From NCBI GenBank assembly GCA_965228855.1, contig CBDDIJ010000005.1, forward strand, positions 1,120,001-1,184,000: a DNA stretch of 64,000 nucleotides. The letters are read 5' to 3'. Each line of letters opens with the position of its first letter. Position 1 is the first letter of the stretch. A program made the translations under genes and the position numbers. This stretch comes from Candidatus Obscuribacterales bacterium (GTDB lineage: Bacteria > Cyanobacteriota > Vampirovibrionia > Obscuribacterales > Obscuribacteraceae). The notes beneath the pieces are model-generated. The model worked only from the letters and a program-made list of their open reading frames with translations, made no database searches and was not told the DNA's origin. Shown piece after piece: positions 59,730-64,000 of the stretch.

Positions 59730-61220
59730 ATGTGTGGCATCATAGCAATCTCCGGTACCGTTGGCTCCGCCTACGAAGTATTCTTCGGCCTAATGAACCT
59801 GCAACATCGTGGGCAAGACGGCGCGGGCATCTTGACGGTCGACGGAAAGGATCCACCGGGCTTCCATCTACAAAAGGGAAGCGGATTAATCGACAACGTC
59901 TTTTCCGAAAGGTCGTTTAAAACGCTAAAAGGTCGAGCGGCACTGGGGCATTCGCGTTACGCAACTGTCGGACGCAACGATCCGAACCTGCTGCAACCGT
60001 TTCTAGATTCTGAAAGCGGAATCGGGCTTGGACACAACGGCAACATTGTCAACTTCTATCAGTTGCGCGAAAAATGGCTGAACACCGAAGATTCGCGAAA
60101 CCGCCAGATCAATTCCGATTCGCAAATGATTCTGCGCTTACTCGCCGACCATCTAAAGGATGGCGAGGGCAAAAAGACTTTATCTGCCAGCGAAGAGCTT
60201 GTCCTCAACGCGGATACCATGTTCTCCGCCATTGGGAAACTGATGGATGATCTCATCGGCAGCTACTCGGTCGCTGGTTTAACGAAGAATGGCGACCTGT
60301 TTGGCTTCCGAGATCCGCATGGCATCAGACCGTTGGCAATGGGCAAGAAGAAAACCGAAGAAGGCGAGACCGTATACGCGCTCGCCAGCGAAAGCGTTGC
60401 CTTGCGCTTCCTGGGCTTCAATGAAATCGAGGAGCTTGGAACCGGAGAGGGAGTTTTCATCTCTCACGACGGAAAAGTCGAGCGCAAAGTCATCAAAGAA
60501 GAATCGACCTCACCTTGCATGTTCGAATGGGTCTATTTCGCCCGCGTTGAATCTGAATTCGCTGGTCAATCCGTTTACAAAGCGCGCTTCCGCCTGGGTC
60601 TGCTTCTTGCCGAACAACTCAAAGCCCAAGGTATCGAAGCAGATGTCGTGGTCCCAGTTCCAGAAACAAGCCGTGCATCCGCCATCGCTATCTCGGAAGC
60701 GATGGGGATTCCATTTAGAGAATTACTGATTAAAAACCGATACGTAAATCGAACCTTCATTCTCGACGACCAACAAACGAGACAGGAAGCCATTCGAAGA
60801 AAACTTTTTCCGATTATCGACGAATTCCAAGGGCAGAGATGTTTGATCGTCGACGACTCGATCGTCCGCGGAAACACAGCCCAGCAACTTGTCCGCCTGG
60901 TGCGCCAATCCGGTGCTAAAGAAATCACATTGGTCTCTACCTGTCCGCCAATCAGCCACCCTTGTTACTACGGAATCGACTTCCCAAGCGCCAGCGAGCT
61001 GGTCGCGTACAATCGCAACGACGAGCAAATTGCCAAAGAACTGGGCGCGGACAAAGTAGTGTTCCAGTCGATTGATGGCTTAAAAGAGGCACTAGGTCAA
61101 AAAAACCTCTGCACGGGCTGCTTGACGGGAGAATATCCGACTAGTGTCGCCGACGGTGGCGCCTTCGAGGAGCAGCGCCTTCTCGACAGACGCGACAAGG
61201 TCAAGGAACCAAGCTGTTAA
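59730..61220 (+). CDS. purF: Amidophosphoribosyltransferase
   Basis: MCGI, LQHRGQD, HNGN, CMFEWVYFAR, VDDSIVRG, CYYGID, CTGC. Confidence 0.97.
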   Translation: MCGIIAISGTVGSAYEVFFGLMNLQHRGQDGAGILTVDGKDPPGFHLQKGSGLIDNVFSERSFKTLKGRAALGHSRYATVGRNDPNLLQPFLDSESGIGLGHNGNIVNFYQLREKWLNTEDSRNRQINSDSQMILRLLADHLKDGEGKKTLSASEELVLNADTMFSAIGKLMDDLIGSYSVAGLTKNGDLFGFRDPHGIRPLAMGKKKTEEGETVYALASESVALRFLGFNEIEELGTGEGVFISHDGKVERKVIKEESTSPCMFEWVYFARVESEFAGQSVYKARFRLGLLLAEQLKAQGIEADVVVPVPETSRASAIAISEAMGIPFRELLIKNRYVNRTFILDDQQTRQEAIRRKLFPIIDEFQGQRCLIVDDSIVRGNTAQQLVRLVRQSGAKEITLVSTCPPISHPCYYGIDFPSASELVAYNRNDEQIAKELGADKVVFQSIDGLKEALGQKNLCTGCLTGEYPTSVADGGAFEEQRLLDRRDKVKEPSC

Positions 61221-61250
61221 CCCGCCAGCGAAAGAAATCGAGGAAGGACT

Positions 61251-62654
61251 ATGAGCGATCTAAATAAATCAAAAGAAATGAAACTGGTTTATGAAGGATC
61301 CGTAAAACGCCTCTGGCAATGCCCTTTCGACGATGACAGGTTGTGGTTTCAGTTCACCGATGATTATTCGATTTTTGATTGGGGCAAAATGCCCGACACA
61401 ATCGCCAACAAGGGACGCGCTCTCGCCTTCCTTGGAGCCCATTTTTTCGAAACCATGGCACCTGCGACTTTCTGGCAAGACCTGAAAGACTCTAAACATT
61501 TGAAGCGCTTCGGCGGAGATTGGTTGAAAAAACGATTCAACCATCCGGTCTATCAAAGTCTCTTATCATCAGGGTTAACGCATCATTTTAAACATCTGAG
61601 CAACGGAAAAGAAGCCTTTGAAAAAACAGGCATTGCCACCGCAGACAGTGCATATATGGAAGTACTGAAGGCCGAAGTACCAACCCCAGAATACCGAAAG
61701 ATTCTCAATCACGAGCTCTACTTCTATCCACATACATCCAGTCAGAATAAACGATACAAGCGCAGGCTCATCCCGCTGGAAATCGTCTTCAGATTCGGCA
61801 TGCCGGAGGGAAGCTCGCTGACAGGCCGTCTTCAAAAGAATCCCGCTTACTTGAAAGAGCTCGGTCTGCCCGCCACACCAACTCCGGGGGAATGGTTCCC
61901 TGTTCCCGTCATAGAATTCTTCACTAAACTCGAACCAAGTGACCGCCTGCTGAGCTGGACCGAAGCTAATCAGTTGTCCGGACTATCGGGAGAAGCCTTC
62001 GAGGCGCTGCTGGAAACTACGCTAGACTGCGCGCTTGCGCTTTATCACCTCTTCGCTGATAAAGGGCTTGAACTGTGGGACGGCAAATTTGAATTCGTCG
62101 TGGAATATCCCGATAGCGAATCGGGCGAGACGCTCAATGAGAAGAACGAACGCGTCAATGCAGAAGAGAAGAAGATACTTCCTCGCATCCTTCTGGCAGA
62201 CAGCATCGGTCCTGACGAGTTGCGCTTGATTTATCGCGGACACCATCTCTCTAAAGAATTGATTCGTCAAATCTATAAAGATACGACCTGGGCAAAAGCG
62301 CTGCAAAAATCCAAAGACCTCGCGAAACAACGTCTCGACTCAGACTTCAAACGCATCTGCGTGGAGGAACTTAAAGAGCAACCAGCAAAGCTCAACGACG
62401 AAGAAAGAAAAATCGTGGACGCGCTTTACGGAACACTCGCCAATCATCTGCGCGGCGCGGAAGTTTTCCCGGCTCACCCGACCATGGACGAATTCGTCGA
62501 CTCGCTGGATAAAGCGTTTTCCAAGAATCAAGAGAACACTAAAAATGGTTCTCCCGAAGATAAACAGACCCACCGCAAAGCGCCGAGTCAGAAAATCAAA
62601 ACTGCAATCGAGCAGGAGAAAGAAATCTCAGTGAAGTCGCGAGGGGAGAAATAG
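61251..62654 (+). CDS. purC: SAICAR synthetase (long form)
   Basis: YEGSVK, FTDDYSIFD, IPLEIVFR, FTKLEP, DGKFEF, LADSIGPDELR; lies between purF and purD. Confidence 0.9.
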   Translation: MSDLNKSKEMKLVYEGSVKRLWQCPFDDDRLWFQFTDDYSIFDWGKMPDTIANKGRALAFLGAHFFETMAPATFWQDLKDSKHLKRFGGDWLKKRFNHPVYQSLLSSGLTHHFKHLSNGKEAFEKTGIATADSAYMEVLKAEVPTPEYRKILNHELYFYPHTSSQNKRYKRRLIPLEIVFRFGMPEGSSLTGRLQKNPAYLKELGLPATPTPGEWFPVPVIEFFTKLEPSDRLLSWTEANQLSGLSGEAFEALLETTLDCALALYHLFADKGLELWDGKFEFVVEYPDSESGETLNEKNERVNAEEKKILPRILLADSIGPDELRLIYRGHHLSKELIRQIYKDTTWAKALQKSKDLAKQRLDSDFKRICVEELKEQPAKLNDEERKIVDALYGTLANHLRGAEVFPAHPTMDEFVDSLDKAFSKNQENTKNGSPEDKQTHRKAPSQKIKTAIEQEKEISVKSRGEK

Positions 62655-62656
62655 TA

Positions 62657-63922
62657 ATGGACGTGCTTGTTGTCGGAAGCGGTGGACGTGAACACGCTCT
62701 CGTCTGGAAGATAGCACAGAGCTCACTGGTAGAACGGGTCTACTGCGCCCCGGGAAACGGCGGCACTGCCGGTGAATCCAAGACCATAAATGTGCCAATC
62801 AGCTCCGATCGGTTTGACGAACTGACGCAGTTCGCCACACAAAAGCAAATTGAATTTGTGGTAATAGGCCCGGACAATCCGCTCGCTGACGGCATAGTAG
62901 ATCACATGACAGAACGCGGACTAAAAGTTTTCGGTCCCAAGAAAGCCGGAGCAAAACTGGAATCGAGCAAGTCGCACGCAAAGAAGATGATGACGGAGCT
63001 TGGCATTCCAACCGCCCGCTACGGAGTGTTCGAGGAAAAAGAGTCGGCGCTGAAATTCGCCAGAGAGAACGACTGGGCACGCGTTGTTAAGGAAGACGGT
63101 CTGGCACTGGGCAAAGGTGTTTATGTCTGCGACGAACTTTCCGAGGTAGAGGCATCGCTGGAGAAACTGTATAGAATAAACCAGAACGCGGTGATCCTTC
63201 TTGAGGAGCGACTCAAGGGCGAGGAGCTATCACTGTTTCTCCTTTGTGACGGCAAAAGAACCTTAACGTTCGCCGATTGCCAGGATCATAAGCGCCGTTT
63301 CGACGGAGACAAAGGTCCCAACACAGGCGGCATGGGAGCTTATTCTCCAGTGCCTCTTTATGAGAAGAACAAACATACGATCGACGAACAGGTCGTAAAA
63401 CCAATTTCAAATGCGCTCGCGGACGGTCGCCTGGAATACAAAGGCGTCCTGTTCATCGGCATCATGATGCAGGACGGCGTACCTTATGTTTTAGAATTCA
63501 ATGCCCGTTTCGGCGATCCGGAAACACAGGCGATGATGCCCCGGCTAAAATCAGATTTGCTTCCCGCTCTGATCGCCTGCGCAGAAGGCAAACTAGACAC
63601 GATTACACTCGACTGGGATGAAAGATTTAGTTGCTGCGTGGTGGCGTGCGCTGAAAACTACCCGGAAAGCTCGTCTAAAGGCGAAGAGATTTTATTGCGC
63701 GGCGTCCCCGACGACGCGCACGTATTCCAGGCCGGCACAGCCATGGTGAATGACACACTCACCACTAATGGTGGCAGAGTCCTCGCCATCGTCACGTTGA
63801 ACGAACAACCGTCACTGGCCAGGGAAGCTGCTTATTCAGCGCTGAAAAGCGTTTCCTTCAAAGGAATGGATTATCGCAAAGACATCGCCTGGAGGGTCGC
63901 AGACCAGTGTCACTCAAAATAG
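62657..63922 (+). CDS. purD: Phosphoribosylamine--glycine ligase
   Basis: GSGGREHAL, APGNGG, QDHKR, GPNTGGMGAY, EFNARFGDPE. Confidence 0.97.
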   Translation: MDVLVVGSGGREHALVWKIAQSSLVERVYCAPGNGGTAGESKTINVPISSDRFDELTQFATQKQIEFVVIGPDNPLADGIVDHMTERGLKVFGPKKAGAKLESSKSHAKKMMTELGIPTARYGVFEEKESALKFARENDWARVVKEDGLALGKGVYVCDELSEVEASLEKLYRINQNAVILLEERLKGEELSLFLLCDGKRTLTFADCQDHKRRFDGDKGPNTGGMGAYSPVPLYEKNKHTIDEQVVKPISNALADGRLEYKGVLFIGIMMQDGVPYVLEFNARFGDPETQAMMPRLKSDLLPALIACAEGKLDTITLDWDERFSCCVVACAENYPESSSKGEEILLRGVPDDAHVFQAGTAMVNDTLTTNGGRVLAIVTLNEQPSLAREAAYSALKSVSFKGMDYRKDIAWRVADQCHSK

Positions 63923-64000
63923 CGGTCTTTATCTCCGGTCGCGGCTCCAATCTCAACGCGATAATCCAAGCTATAAGCGATAAAACTCTCGACGCTCAAA
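63907..64000 (+). CDS. purN: Phosphoribosylglycinamide formyltransferase, N-terminus (runs off the window; not in the ORF track)
   Basis: GTG at 63907 reads (M)SLKIAVFISGRGSNLNAIIQAI, the PurN SGxGSN motif. Confidence 0.9.
   Translation, partial: MSLKIAVFISGRGSNLNAIIQAISDKTLDAQ

Overview
Gene-dense bacterial chromosomal window (about 50% GC, roughly 54 CDS, no rRNA, tRNA or CRISPR-cas seen). Housekeeping genes are clpS-clpA, fabH and purF-purC-purD-purN (purN runs off the right edge). They sit among many accessory genes: TPR and Sel1 proteins, MshEN-repeat proteins, a DUF4388 protein with a degenerate GGDEF domain, an OmpR/PAS-kinase pair, a secreted caspase-domain protein, orphan Tad pseudopilins and a Ser/Thr kinase. 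This repertoire suggests a non-photosynthetic cyanobacterial relative (Melainabacteria/Obscuribacterales-like); that is inference only. Main structure not explained by the ORF track: (1) a 14-bp perfect palindrome AACCGATATCGGTT found by eye 14 times exactly plus about 8 near-copies, nearly all intergenic and mostly just downstream of stop codons, including a 4-copy array with about 40-bp spacing; (2) a candidate ~180-nt CCAA-repeat small RNA with its own Pho/OmpR-box-type promoter and terminator next to an OmpR regulator; (3) an IS1595-transposase-derived protein whose DDE core appears replaced by a winged helix; (4) a translationally coupled six-gene operon (pentapeptide-SWIM, two unknowns, MoxR, DUF5682, VWA); (5) an SDR pseudogene with a nonsense codon and a frameshift. 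Domain calls come from motif recognition by eye, not from database searches.
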